IMG/VR virus record: IMGVR_UViG_3300034190_001683
Coordinates: 1 to 60,243 of that record
Source of the DNA: a virus
Lineage: Duplodnaviria; Caudoviricetes
Reading direction: 5' to 3' (one strand)
DNA length: 60,243 nucleotides
Both the position numbers and the translations under genes were made by a program. Positions 1 through 10,400 of this stretch are shown here, piece after piece; within the stretch, counting starts at the first letter, position 1; each line of letters opens with the position of its first letter. The notes below the pieces were generated by a model, which was given only the letters and a program-made list of their open reading frames with translations, did not search any database and was not told the origin of the DNA.

Positions 1-720
1 AAAAATCTCTTGCAGAGATTCACAAAGTATTATCAGAGGCTAGGGGTGGTTGGAAAACATTGATGTGGGCAGCAGGAGCAGGAAGTGCCGTGACTGCTTT
101 TATTATTGCAGTACAACAGATTTTTTGGGGAAAGTAATGACTAAAAAAATAAAAGGTAAAAAAGGCACACAGTCTGGTGAAGCAGGTGTAGAGAGAATAG
201 AGGCGTATGCAAGACCACAGGTTGATAAAAGAACTGAGGGAGAAAAACGTAGAGATGCTCGTAGAGAAAAAGTCAAAAATATCCCTAAAGACAAACTTTA
301 CTCTACAGGAGAAACAACTTCTGAAAAAATAGGGGATTTTGCTAACAAAATGTTTGACAAATTCGGTGCCATGACAGGGATGTCTCCTAAAGATATAGAA
401 TCTCGTGCAAGAAGAAGGTTAAACATGAGAGAAATGTTTAAGCAAATGGATGAGGCGCAAGCTTTAAGAGACGAAAGAATGGCTGACAAACGTTACCAAC
501 GAGAGCAAAGAAGAGAAGCAGAAGAAGGTGTGAGAAAGAAAGAGCTAAAAAATTTGGGTCTTAAAAAAGGCGGTAAAGTAAAAGCAAAAACTAAACCAAA
601 AACAACTAGAAAATTTAGAGGTGATGGTATTGCTAAAAAAGGTAAGACTAAATGTAAGATGAGATAAAGGAGGTTTAGGGTGGCATATTTAATTAGTAAC
701 ATTCCGTATACAAAGGTTTG
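1..720. repeat. Left-end copy of the locus repeated at the right end (59665-60243), with a different central allele
   Basis: 1-76 is identical to 59665-59740 and 644-720 is identical to 60167-60243; the sequence between is divergent. Confidence 0.95.
137..667 (+). CDS. Basic hypothetical protein, allele A (C-terminal KKGGKV...RGDGIAKKGKTKCKMR motif)
   Basis: ATG at 137 overlaps the upstream stop (TAATG); C-terminus shared with 59801-60190. Confidence 0.8.
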   Translation: MTKKIKGKKGTQSGEAGVERIEAYARPQVDKRTEGEKRRDARREKVKNIPKDKLYSTGETTSEKIGDFANKMFDKFGAMTGMSPKDIESRARRRLNMREMFKQMDEAQALRDERMADKRYQREQRREAEEGVRKKELKNLGLKKGGKVKAKTKPKTTRKFRGDGIAKKGKTKCKMR

Positions 721-1354
721 GATTAGAAAAGAATTTACACATGGACATCAAAAATATCACGGGGAGTTCATACATGGCTTGGCAGTCGCAGTCACAACAA
801 TGCCAGACCGATGCCTCAGTTTCCAAATCATCTTTACTGGGTGTGAGGAAGACGGAGAAGAAGTCGGACCTCATGGCGGAGCAATGTGGGCAAGGATGCC
901 AATCACAGCCTTATGTGGCGACATCCCATTGGATGAGTGGCCGGAAAGAATGGAAACCCACCTCGCACAGCCGTGGGACTGTCCATCGCATTACCACTCC
1001 ATTGTGTCCTTTGACAGGTGTAAGCCTAGCCCATGGTTATGTAAGATCGCCGGGGAGTTTCATACATCGAGATATTTATTTACAGTTGACTACACCAGAA
1101 GTGAAATCGCAGACTGTCCAGCCCAACATAAGCAGAGTCACGTTATGGTGTTAACAGACGGACCTTGGAAGGGCAACATGGTTGCATTACCCAACAATAG
1201 AGTTAGAGTTACAAGCCCTGCTCTTTGGGTTACAGGTGAAGGCGCACCTGATTTCAGACCCAGCCAACATACGCATTGTGCGGAGCAAGATGATTCGTAC
1301 ATGGATCCAGAAATAACATTTAATAATTTATACAAAGGAGATGAAGATGGCTAA
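680..1354 (+). CDS. Phage hypothetical protein, Cys/His/Trp-rich (possible enzyme)
   Basis: GTG start with AAGGAGG RBS; 224 aa, globular composition; motifs QPWDC, FTVDY, HKQSH, PNNR. Confidence 0.8.
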   Translation: MAYLISNIPYTKVWIRKEFTHGHQKYHGEFIHGLAVAVTTMPDRCLSFQIIFTGCEEDGEEVGPHGGAMWARMPITALCGDIPLDEWPERMETHLAQPWDCPSHYHSIVSFDRCKPSPWLCKIAGEFHTSRYLFTVDYTRSEIADCPAQHKQSHVMVLTDGPWKGNMVALPNNRVRVTSPALWVTGEGAPDFRPSQHTHCAEQDDSYMDPEITFNNLYKGDEDG

Positions 1355-1832
1355 AATGCCTATGATTAGAGATCCAAAAACAGGTAAAATGGTCCCAAGT
1401 TTCGCTATGGATGGTAAGGGAGCGGGAGATTTAAAAAAAGCAGCTAAAGGTGGCGCTATTAAAATGGCTAAAGGTGGTATGGCAGCTAAAGGAATGGCTA
1501 AAGGCGGTGCAGTAATGGCTAAAGGTGGTATGGCAGCTAAAGGAATGGCTAAAGGCGGCGCAATAATGGCTAAAGGCGGTTCTGTTAAGATGGCAAAAGG
1601 CGGTGCAGTAATGGCTAAGGGCGCCGAACCTATGAAGGGTATGAAGGGTATGAAAATGGCTGGTGGTGGTATGGCTAAAGGTTATAAAGCTGGTGGTATG
1701 ATGGCTAAAGGCTATAAAGCTGGTGGTGTTGCAACCAAAGGTGGTACAAAGGGTGGCGTTAGCGGTGGTACAAAAGTAACCAGAGCTGATGGTATTGCGA
1801 AAAGAGGTAAGACAAGAGGAAGAAAAGTATAA
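1347..1832 (+). CDS. Low-complexity MAKGG-repeat basic protein
   Basis: AAGGAG RBS is best spaced to ATG 1347 (alternative 1341); seven AKGG units plus MAGGG and 2x YKAGG; C-terminal RADGIAKRGKT. Confidence 0.85.
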   Translation: MAKMPMIRDPKTGKMVPSFAMDGKGAGDLKKAAKGGAIKMAKGGMAAKGMAKGGAVMAKGGMAAKGMAKGGAIMAKGGSVKMAKGGAVMAKGAEPMKGMKGMKMAGGGMAKGYKAGGMMAKGYKAGGVATKGGTKGGVSGGTKVTRADGIAKRGKTRGRKV

Positions 1833-2008
1833 TGGCTGTTAAAAAGAAAAAAACTACTAAAAAGAAATCAGGGGCTAAACCCACAAACCCATCTTTATAC
1901 GCTCGTGTAAAAGCTGAAGCAAAAAGAAAATTTAAGGTTTTTCCAAGCGCTTATGCTTCAGGGTACATAGTACGTGAGTACAAGAAAAGGGGTGGAGGGT
2001 ATAGATAA
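1832..2008 (+). CDS. Small basic protein (58 aa, PSAYA...YKKRGGGY; resembles DUF5872-type phage proteins)
   Basis: Hand-translated, below the ORF-track cutoff; TAATG coupling on both sides. Confidence 0.75.
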   Translation: MAVKKKKTTKKKSGAKPTNPSLYARVKAEAKRKFKVFPSAYASGYIVREYKKRGGGYR

Positions 2009-2298
2009 TGTCTCTAAAAGAATGGTTTGGTAAAGGTAAAAAAGGCGACTGGGTTGATATAGGTGCGCCTAAAAAGAAAGGTAAATACCAAGCCTGTGGA
2101 CGCAAGTCTGCAAAAGGAGATAGTAAGCGAGCATATCCAAAATGTGTACCTAGGTCAAAAGCTAAATCCATGACTGCGGCACAACGCAAGTCTGCTGTTC
2201 AAAGAAAAAGGGCAGCAGGTAATCCGGGTGGAAAACCCACAAACGTAAAAACTATTTTGAAAAAAAAGAAAGGGACTAAGGGTGGAAGGAAAGTTTAG
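2008..2298 (+). CDS. Small basic phage protein (SLKEWF...YPKCVP)
   Basis: ORF track; coupled start; K/R-rich. Confidence 0.75.
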   Translation: MSLKEWFGKGKKGDWVDIGAPKKKGKYQACGRKSAKGDSKRAYPKCVPRSKAKSMTAAQRKSAVQRKRAAGNPGGKPTNVKTILKKKKGTKGGRKV

Positions 2299-2527
2299 TT
2301 TTATACAAAAGCAGCTTGAAGCGTCTGAAAGATTATATGAAATAATGAAAAACGATCTTCGTGATCGAACTCAGCATCAGCTAAAGTATTTTGAATTAAT
2401 GACTGAAACAACACACAGTTTAATTTTAAAACTAGATGGTCGAGACAAAGAAATAAAAGAATTAAAAAATAGGATAGAAGAGTTAGAAAAAGAAAGAAAC
2501 AAAACTTTACTATATGATAAATCTTAA
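2282..2527 (+). CDS. Coiled-coil hypothetical protein
   Basis: ORF track; heptad-like composition. Confidence 0.55.
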   Translation: MEGKFSFIQKQLEASERLYEIMKNDLRDRTQHQLKYFELMTETTHSLILKLDGRDKEIKELKNRIEELEKERNKTLLYDKS

Positions 2528-2542
2528 TTAAAGGAGACTACT

Positions 2543-2704
2543 ATGGAAGTTATTTTTAATACATTACAACAAGCTCAGAAATACGGTATTGAGCAAGCAA
2601 AAAGCGCTATAGATTTTAATTCTCGTGCTGCTAAAGCAGTTATAGACCACTGTGCAACAAGTTTAGATTGGTGGAAAGATATACTATCTAAAAAAGATAA
2701 GTAG
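2543..2704 (+). CDS. Hypothetical protein (53 aa)
   Basis: Hand-translated MEVIFNTLQQ...WWKDILSKKDK; AAGGAG RBS. Confidence 0.65.
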   Translation: MEVIFNTLQQAQKYGIEQAKSAIDFNSRAAKAVIDHCATSLDWWKDILSKKDK

Positions 2705-2847
2705 TGTGGAGTAAAAAGTACAAGCGCTCTATTGACTGTAAAAATCCAAAAGGGTTTAGTCAAAGGGCGCATTGCCAAGGAAGAAAGAAACGTGCGGAAA
2801 TCAAATCCAAGAATACCAAGAAAACCCGGTCAACCCGCAAGGTCTAA
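2704..2847 (+). CDS. Small basic protein (WSKKYKRSIDCKNPKGFSQRAHC motif)
   Basis: Hand-translated 47 aa; GTG overlaps the upstream TAG; motif recalled from marine phage small proteins. Confidence 0.65.
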   Translation: MWSKKYKRSIDCKNPKGFSQRAHCQGRKKRAEIKSKNTKKTRSTRKV

Positions 2848-3082
2848 GAAACATTCTGATTTATATACGGATGAGAACCCCAAGGGTACGATAAAAGGAT
2901 TAAAGTTTGCCACACGAGAGGATGCAGTAAAAAGTGTAAGTAAGATTAGAAATAGCGGTAGATCAAAGGCACATAAGATACAAGCTGCTATCGCTATGGA
3001 GCAAAGAGCCAGAGTTATGGGTAAAAAAGATGCTGCTGGTGTTTACAGAAAATATATAAATAGCGTGAAAGCAAAGAAATAA
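2792..3082 (+). CDS. Small basic protein (SDLYTDENPKGT motif)
   Basis: ORF track 2732-3082; likely GTG start at 2792. Confidence 0.7.
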   Translation: MRKSNPRIPRKPGQPARSKKHSDLYTDENPKGTIKGLKFATREDAVKSVSKIRNSGRSKAHKIQAAIAMEQRARVMGKKDAAGVYRKYINSVKAKK

Positions 3083-3792
3083 TGGCTACTACAGACACAA
3101 CAAGTTTTAATTTAGATCTTAATGAATTAGCGGAAGAAGCGTTTTCACGATGTGGAACCGAGATGCGTACTGGATATGACCTTAAAACAGCCAGACGTTC
3201 TTTAAATTTATTAACTATTGATTGGGCTAACCGAGGTATAAACTTGTGGACAATAGAAGAGGGAACTATACCTTTGACTCAAGGCACTATTACGTATGAC
3301 CTCCCCGTAGACACTATAGATTTATTAGAGCATCAGGTAAGAACAGGTTCAGGTACAAATCAACAAGACCTAACAATTAGCCGTATATCTGTAAGTACAT
3401 ATGCAACAATACCGAATAAAAATGCGACAGGCCGACCCATACAGATATTTATTGACAGAAAGTCTGGGGCTACTAATTCTTCCGGTGTTGTTCAAACCCC
3501 TCAAGTAAAAGTATGGCCGACTCCAGATCAAAGTAATTTTTATACTCTTGTGTACTTTAGAATGAGAAGAATACAAGATGCAGGTAATGGTGTTAACACA
3601 CCAGACATACCGTTTAGAATGTTGCCTTGCTTGGTATCAGGATTAGCGTATTATCTTTCTTTAAAAATACCAGAAGCAACTGACAGAATACAGATGTTAA
3701 AACAAGACTATGAAGAGCAGTGGATGATAGCTTCTAGTGAAGATAGAGAGAAGGCTCCTTTGCGATTAGCACCGAGAGAGTTTTTATATTGA
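3082..3792 (+). CDS. Putative neck/head-tail adaptor protein
   Basis: 236 aa; N-terminal helical AEEAF.RCG...ARRSLN and VWPTPD pattern typical of podovirus adaptor-like proteins; position in structural module. Confidence 0.55.
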   Translation: MATTDTTSFNLDLNELAEEAFSRCGTEMRTGYDLKTARRSLNLLTIDWANRGINLWTIEEGTIPLTQGTITYDLPVDTIDLLEHQVRTGSGTNQQDLTISRISVSTYATIPNKNATGRPIQIFIDRKSGATNSSGVVQTPQVKVWPTPDQSNFYTLVYFRMRRIQDAGNGVNTPDIPFRMLPCLVSGLAYYLSLKIPEATDRIQMLKQDYEEQWMIASSEDREKAPLRLAPREFLY

Positions 3793-3793
3793 T

Positions 3794-4252
3794 ATGGGAT
3801 CTAACTATGCAAGAGGCAAAAGAGCTATCGCAGAGTGCGATAGATGTGGATTTAGGTATAAATTAAAGGAATTAAAACAGCTTACAATAAAGACAAAAAG
3901 TGTTAATATTCTGGTATGCCCAGAGTGTTTTGAGCAGGATCAGCCACAATTACAACTCGGCATGTTTCCTGTAAACGACCCTCAAGCTCTGAGGAACCCA
4001 CGACCAGATTTAACACGATTTGCAGAATCAGATTCCAGAAGTTATCAGTATGGGTTTGACCCTGTAGGTTTTAGCAATCCTTTTAATTTGGATCTAATAA
4101 ATAATTTGTTAATATCTGGAAGTGTAGGCACAATTACTATAGGAGGAGATGCGGTTTCTAGCACCGAATCTAGTAGTGATAGTAGTGATAGTAGTGATAG
4201 CGGAGACAGTGGTGATAGCGGAGACAGTGGTGATAGCGGAGGTGGGTATTAA
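3794..4252 (+). CDS. Zinc-finger (CDRC...CPEC) phage protein with Ser/Asp/Gly tail
   Basis: Two CxxC pairs; low-complexity C-terminus. Confidence 0.75.
   Translation: MGSNYARGKRAIAECDRCGFRYKLKELKQLTIKTKSVNILVCPECFEQDQPQLQLGMFPVNDPQALRNPRPDLTRFAESDSRSYQYGFDPVGFSNPFNLDLINNLLISGSVGTITIGGDAVSSTESSSDSSDSSDSGDSGDSGDSGDSGGGY
4172..4240 (+). repeat. In-frame 9-bp tandem repeat encoding (SSD)n/(SGD)n
   Basis: agtagtgat x3, then alternating agcggagac/agtggtgat. Confidence 0.85.
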
Positions 4253-4269
4253 ATAAATCAGGAGAACTT

Positions 4270-4422
4270 ATGAAAGACACCGGAAAATTTAAACAACCTA
4301 TGGATATGCCTGTACCAAAGCAAGATGGGTATCCAAACAATGTAGCAAACACTCAAACAGTTAAAACAAGAGGGACAGGTGCTGCTACAAAAGGTACAAA
4401 CTCTTCTAAGAAACTTGGATAA
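4270..4422 (+). CDS. Small basic protein (50 aa) with RGTGAATKG motif
   Basis: Hand-translated; AGGAG RBS; TAATG coupling to the next gene. Confidence 0.75.
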   Translation: MKDTGKFKQPMDMPVPKQDGYPNNVANTQTVKTRGTGAATKGTNSSKKLG

Positions 4423-5099
4423 TGAACTATAGTCAATTATTTGAAACTATAAAAGGTTATTGTGAGAATGACTTTCCTGATACTTCTTTTACAGATAGTG
4501 GTGGAAATACAATTACTCTTACAAGCACCGAGCAGATTAATACATTTATAGACCAAGCAGAACAAAAAGTTTTTAACTCTGTTCAGATATTAGATCTTAG
4601 GAAAAATGTGACAGGGGGTATGACTACAGGTAATCAGTATCTTACAGTTCCAACGGATTGGCTTGCTAACTTTTCTTTAGCGGTTATTGATTCTTCTGGA
4701 AACTATAGTTATTTGTTGAATAAAGATGTTAATTTTATTCGTGAGGCTTTCCCGAACCCTTCTACCACAGGGCAACCTACGCACTATGCGTTGTTTGACC
4801 AAAATTCTTATATATTGGGACCGACTCCAGACGCAAATTATTCTACTGAACTTCACTATTTTTATTATCCACCATCTATTGTTACAAGCAGTACTTCTTG
4901 GTTGGGTGATAACTTTGATTCTGTTTTACTTTATGGCGCTTTGATAGAAGCACACATATTTATGAAAGGTGAGGCAGACAGTTACCAAAGCTATGTGCAG
5001 AGGTATAATGAGTCTATGGCGTTACTGAAACAATTAAGTGAAGGTAAGAATCGTCAAGATATGTATAGAACTAAACAAGTTAGGTTGGGGGTACAATGA
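4422..5099 (+). CDS. Putative second adaptor/tail tubular-type protein
   Basis: 225 aa; FIDQAE...GPTPDANY...LLYGALIEA pattern paralleling 3082-3792. Confidence 0.55.
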   Translation: MNYSQLFETIKGYCENDFPDTSFTDSGGNTITLTSTEQINTFIDQAEQKVFNSVQILDLRKNVTGGMTTGNQYLTVPTDWLANFSLAVIDSSGNYSYLLNKDVNFIREAFPNPSTTGQPTHYALFDQNSYILGPTPDANYSTELHYFYYPPSIVTSSTSWLGDNFDSVLLYGALIEAHIFMKGEADSYQSYVQRYNESMALLKQLSEGKNRQDMYRTKQVRLGVQ

Positions 5100-5386
5100 T
5101 TGGTAATAGCACATCAGTATTGTTAGGTGGTGGAGTAAAAGTTATGACAACTTCTCGTAGAGGTTTTAATACTGAGGAAGTTGCTGAAAGAGCATTAAAT
5201 AAGATAATAGCTGTCGGTAGTGATTCACACCCTGCAGTTAGAGCGCAAGCTGAAGCTTTTAAAAAAGATATACGAAAAGTTTTAGTGCAATATATGAAAG
5301 AAATGGTCAGGAGCCATAATACAACCTTAGCTCATAGGTTTAGAGAGATGGGATATCCTGAACTAATTAAATTACTAGAGGAGTAA
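5096..5386 (+). CDS. Hypothetical protein
   Basis: ORF track; ATGA overlap. Confidence 0.7.
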   Translation: MIGNSTSVLLGGGVKVMTTSRRGFNTEEVAERALNKIIAVGSDSHPAVRAQAEAFKKDIRKVLVQYMKEMVRSHNTTLAHRFREMGYPELIKLLEE

Positions 5387-5389
5387 AAA

Positions 5390-5851
5390 ATGGCTATTAC
5401 ACAAGCAATGTGTACATCTTTTAAAGCAGAAGTATTATTGGGTGTTCACGATTTTAGACCTGACGCATCTGCTACATCGGACGTTTTTAAATTAGCGTTG
5501 TATTCTGCAGCAGCTACTTTAAGTGCTGGCACTACATCTTTTACAACAAGTAGTGAATCCACTGGAACTACTTCAGGTGGTTCTGCTCTTGTAAATTTAG
5601 GTGTTACTATAGGGGATTCTACGGGGTTTGTAGATTTCTCTGATTTAACATTTACTAACGTCACTATAAATGCGGCGGGGTGTTTAATTTATAACAGTAC
5701 GCCTTCTACAAATTCAAACACTGGAGCTTCTTTAACTAACCCTGCCGTATGTGTGTTAGATTTTGGAGGTACAAAAACATCCACTTCAGGTGATTTTAGT
5801 GTAATATTTCCAGCGAATACGAGTGCTGCAGCTATAATTAGAATAGCTTAA
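5390..5851 (+). CDS. Putative virion structural protein
   Basis: S/T/A-rich beta composition; GAGGAG RBS; tail module context. Confidence 0.6.
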   Translation: MAITQAMCTSFKAEVLLGVHDFRPDASATSDVFKLALYSAAATLSAGTTSFTTSSESTGTTSGGSALVNLGVTIGDSTGFVDFSDLTFTNVTINAAGCLIYNSTPSTNSNTGASLTNPAVCVLDFGGTKTSTSGDFSVIFPANTSAAAIIRIA

Positions 5852-5852
5852 A

Positions 5853-6320
5853 ATGGCTGATGTAAATGTTAATGTAGCAAGACAAGCCGTTGCAAACGGG
5901 TGGGGTAGAGCGGCTTGGGGTGACGGTGGTTGGAACGCATCAATAACTGAACCTGACATTAGCATGACAGGAGCTGTGGGGTCTACGTTTGTTAACGCAG
6001 ATGCAAATGTAAGTGGTCTATCCGGTGTCATAGGATTAAAGTTTGTAGGTGAAGAAGAAGTAGTCAGTAATAATAATCTAAGCGTTACTGGTTTTAGCGC
6101 AACAGTTGGTTTAGGTTCAATATCTGTAGCTTTAAATAATATAGTCTCTGCAACCGGGCTATCTGCAACGAGTAGTTTAGGTAGTGTATCAGCAGAAGCT
6201 AACGCTACTACAAATGTAACTGGAGTATCCTCTGCTATGAGTTTAGGTAATAATTTAGTATGGGGGCAAATAGACACAACACAAACACCCGATTGGGGAG
6301 AAATTAAAGAAGCAGCATAG
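5853..6320 (+). CDS. Putative tail-associated structural protein
   Basis: GWGxxxWG motif and repeated SATxxLGSxS units. Confidence 0.55.
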   Translation: MADVNVNVARQAVANGWGRAAWGDGGWNASITEPDISMTGAVGSTFVNADANVSGLSGVIGLKFVGEEEVVSNNNLSVTGFSATVGLGSISVALNNIVSATGLSATSSLGSVSAEANATTNVTGVSSAMSLGNNLVWGQIDTTQTPDWGEIKEAA

Positions 6321-6329
6321 GAGAATAAA

Positions 6330-7490
6330 ATGGCTTCATCATATTCAAATTTAAAAATACAACTCATGGGAACCGGAGATAACTCTGGAACTTGGGGTAC
6401 AATTACGAATACAAACTTAGGCACTGCCATAGAAGAAGCTATTTGTGAATCCGCAGATGTTGCTTTTTCTCAGGATAGCCTCACTCTTTCTTTGACAGAC
6501 AGTAATGCCACTCAAGTGGCTAGGCATTTACGCCTCAATCTAACTGGTACAGGATCTGCAGGGATAACTCTTACCGTTCCTGATATAGAAAAAAACTACA
6601 TAATTAATAATACTTTAGCCACTGATGTAGGAATAAAAAACTCTTCAGGATCACAAGTCACCGTCCCTAATGGTAGATCAGCGATAGTGTATAGCACAGG
6701 GTCTGGCGTAGTAGATGCGATTACAGGTTTAAATACTGCAGAAGTAACGGATTTAACAGTTACTACTAAGTTATCTGCTAACGGTACGTTAGATGTATCA
6801 GGTAACGGTTCTGTGGGAGGCACGTTTAATGTAGAAGGCGATTTAAAAAACGCTTCGGGTAATTTAACAGTAGACCCTGCTACACAAATTGTAGAAATTA
6901 GAGGTAATGGTTCAGATACAGAAGGGCAGATAAAATTAAACTGTCATGCTAATAGTCACGGACAAACTTTAAAAGCGCAACCACACTCTCTTAATATAAC
7001 TAATACTAATTTATTACCAAAAGGCGGTAACTCAACATTAGTTTCTGAAAGTGCCAGTGCGACTATTACTAATAAAATTTTTAACGCCAGTCTTAGAGAA
7101 AAAATAAATGTTTCTACAACCTCTGCTACGGGCGTAATTAATTTTAGTGTATTAGAACAAAATGCTGAATTAAGAACAAATGATGCGGCGGCAGACTTTG
7201 AGTTAAATTTTAGAGGTAGTGCAGGAGCAACATTCGCTTCCATTATGCCTACTGGCGAATCAGTATCGCTTGCATTTGAGTCAAAAATGGGTGCAACTGC
7301 GTATTATTTAGAAGCAATACAAATAGACGGTGCTACAGCCAACCCAGTGTATTGGCAAGGAGGCACTGCGCCATCTCAGGGTAATGTTAGTGGTGTGGAT
7401 AGTTATTTAATAAACATTACTAGGACTACGGGAACGGCTAATTACACTTGTTTAGCATCTCAAACACAGTTCGGGAAGGTTGATTACTAA
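6330..7490 (+). CDS. Putative tail fibre protein
   Basis: N-terminal MASSYS...GTWG..TNTN motif; S/T/N/G-rich. Confidence 0.6.
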   Translation: MASSYSNLKIQLMGTGDNSGTWGTITNTNLGTAIEEAICESADVAFSQDSLTLSLTDSNATQVARHLRLNLTGTGSAGITLTVPDIEKNYIINNTLATDVGIKNSSGSQVTVPNGRSAIVYSTGSGVVDAITGLNTAEVTDLTVTTKLSANGTLDVSGNGSVGGTFNVEGDLKNASGNLTVDPATQIVEIRGNGSDTEGQIKLNCHANSHGQTLKAQPHSLNITNTNLLPKGGNSTLVSESASATITNKIFNASLREKINVSTTSATGVINFSVLEQNAELRTNDAAADFELNFRGSAGATFASIMPTGESVSLAFESKMGATAYYLEAIQIDGATANPVYWQGGTAPSQGNVSGVDSYLINITRTTGTANYTCLASQTQFGKVDY

Positions 7491-10400
7491 TGCCAGTTAA
7501 AAGTCTAAAAGGCGGTATAGGAGTAAGACCTCTTGGTTTTGGTCTTGGAGCTGCTGAAGAAGAAACAGAGCCTAACTTTAATCAAACTGTATTACTTCTT
7601 CATGCAGATGGTTCTGAAGGTGCAGGAGATACATCAAATTTAGGAGATCCAAACTACAAAGCATTTAAAGATAACTCTACATCAGCTCATGCTCTTGCTG
7701 TAGCAGGTGATGCTTATGGTAATGACTTTAGCCCATATTATTATGCTGATGGGTATTGGAGTAATTTGTTTACTGTGAATAATACTACTATGAGTCTTAC
7801 ATCTACGGCTGCTTTACAATTAAGTGGAGTATTTACAGTAGAATGTTGGATTAATTTAAAGACTTTAGCAACTGATGGTGGGCCTCATCCAAGTATTCTT
7901 ACTTTTCCTACTAATGGAAGTTATCAAACACAACTTTACTTAAATTCTAGTAATGATTATGTTGGTTGGTATTATAATGGAGATATAGTTAAAACAACTA
8001 ATAATAGTATTTCATTAAACACATGGCATCATATTGCTGTTGCCAGAGATGCTTCAAATCAAATAGCTTTGTGGTTAGATGGAACTAGAATAAGTGCTTT
8101 AGCTACAGGGCAATCAACATCGTATGGAAATACAAGTGGTACTTTTTATATTGGTTCTTTTAGTACGACTGGAGAATTAGATGGCTATATATCAAATGTT
8201 AGAATAGTAAAAGGTTATGATGTTTATGGAACTACTAATACATCTATAACAGTACCTACTACTCCTCTTACAGCAATAACAGGAACTAGTTTATTAACTT
8301 GTCAATCAAATAGATTTATAGATAATGCCTCTAGCCCTCATGCTCTTACAGTGGGAAGTGGTCAATCAATATCTACCAACACACCATTCACAGTTACAAA
8401 AACTGCAAATGTAGGCGCAGGATTTTTTGATGGTAATACTGATAATTTAACAACATCAGGAAGTTCTGATTTTGCTTTTGGTACAGGAGACTTTACTGCT
8501 GAAGCTTGGGTATACCCTAGTAGTTTACCTTCAACTGCTGTTGTTTTAGACCTAAGATATAACAATAATGCTAATACAGATAATATATCCGCACTAACTT
8601 TGTTTGGTTCAACATTAGGATCTTTTATTGGAGCTAATAAAACAGCCGGATCTGATATACCGGTTGTAATAGGACAGTGGAATCATATTGTTGTTCAAAG
8701 AATAAGTAGCACTTTGTATTTTGCTGTTAATGGGAAAGTAAGTTCAACAACTGTTGCCTCATCAGACAATCTTAATAATACTAACCAAAGAGCAACAGTA
8801 GGTGGTAATGTAGACCAAACAACTGTGTCTATGTATACAGGTTATATAGCAGACCTTCGTGTAGTTAATGGAACAGGAGTATATGGAACAAGTAATTTCG
8901 ATGTACCAACAACATCATTAACAGCAGTAACAAATACTAAATTTCTTACATGTCAATACTCAGGAGCAGTTCGTAATGTAGGCTTCTTAGATGACTCTAA
9001 ATATAATCATCGTATAACTCGTAATGGTGATGTAAGCATAGGTACATTCAGCCCATTTAGTTTAGAAGATGGGTATTGGAGTTATTATGGAGGTAATACA
9101 GGAGGTTATTACTTTGCAGATTCTGCTGATCTTGAAATAGGTACTTCAGATTTTACAATCGAATTTTGGATGAATTTAGATACAATTAGTGGAGGTGACT
9201 ATCTTACTGGTAAAGTGCCTTCTAGTGGAGCAGGAGGTGATACAGCTTTTCAAATATATATGAGTGGTAGTGGAGGAGTAATAAATTTCTGGCTACAAGA
9301 CACATCAGGTACTACGACTATTTCAACTCCTTCTTCTACTATATCTGCACATACATGGCATTTTATTTCTTGTGTTCGACAGAGTGGAACAATGAGACTA
9401 TATGTAGATGGAGTTCAAAAAGCTACAGGAACTAGATCAGGTTCGGTAAAAGATGTTGCAGGAGGTGTTGGAATAGGCATGACTGGTGAATATGCTGATT
9501 ATCTTGCAGGATACATGAGTAACTATAGATTTGTAATTGGTACTTGTTTGCGAAACGATGGTACTACATTTAGTGTTCCAACAACGCCTTTAACTTCAAC
9601 TGGTTCAGAAACAAAAATACTTACGGCACAATCAAATAAATTTGTTGATAATTCTTCTACAGGAAGAACTCCTGTTCTTTCAGGTACAGCACCTAAAATA
9701 TTACCATTCTCACCTCTTGCGCCATCTAGGTCATATAGTAAAGATGCAGTAGGTGGTAGTGTTTACTATGATGGTACTGGAGATTATTTAACTTACACAA
9801 CAGATAATGCAACTCCTAGACTTAGTACAAACTGGAGCATAGAGTTTTGGATGTATTTAACTGCTCGTGGCTCTCATGGTTTTCTTCAGCAACATGGTGG
9901 AAGTGCAGGTGATTTTAACACCACAAATGGTATGTCATTTCAATTCTATGAGGTTAGTAGTACTATGTATTGGCAACCTGCAAATGGTTCAGGGGGTTCT
10001 GTAGCATTATCAACAGCAACCTTACCCCCATTATTTGCTTGGACTCACATGGTAATTAGTAATGATGGTACACAGACTTCAGTATTTATGAATGGAGTTA
10101 GGGTGTTAAATGGAACAACTGGTTATGAAGATATGCACAATGCAACAACATCTAATAAAATTCAATTAGGATATTTAGCAGGTTCTGACTATCCAACTGA
10201 TGGTTATTTTACTGGACTGCAATATCATAACACAGAAGTTTATGATGCTAGTTCTACAACAATAACAGTTCCAACTGCTCCTAAGTCTGCCGATGCTAAT
10301 ACTTTATTATTATCAAACTTTACTAATGCAGGTATCATTGACCACACAATGAAAAACAACCTTGAGACAGAAAATAATACAAGAGTCTCGGGACAACAAG

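Noticed and set aside
50-136. Upstream extensions of ORFs 50-667 and 59714-60190
   Set aside because: They overlap the preceding gene in another frame. The differences between the copies are mostly synonymous in that other frame, supporting starts at 137 and 59801.
1-720. Direct terminal repeat of the virion DNA
   Set aside because: The copies are identical only over 76-77 nt anchors and differ inside, and they fall mid-operon, far from terS. This fits an assembly bubble better.
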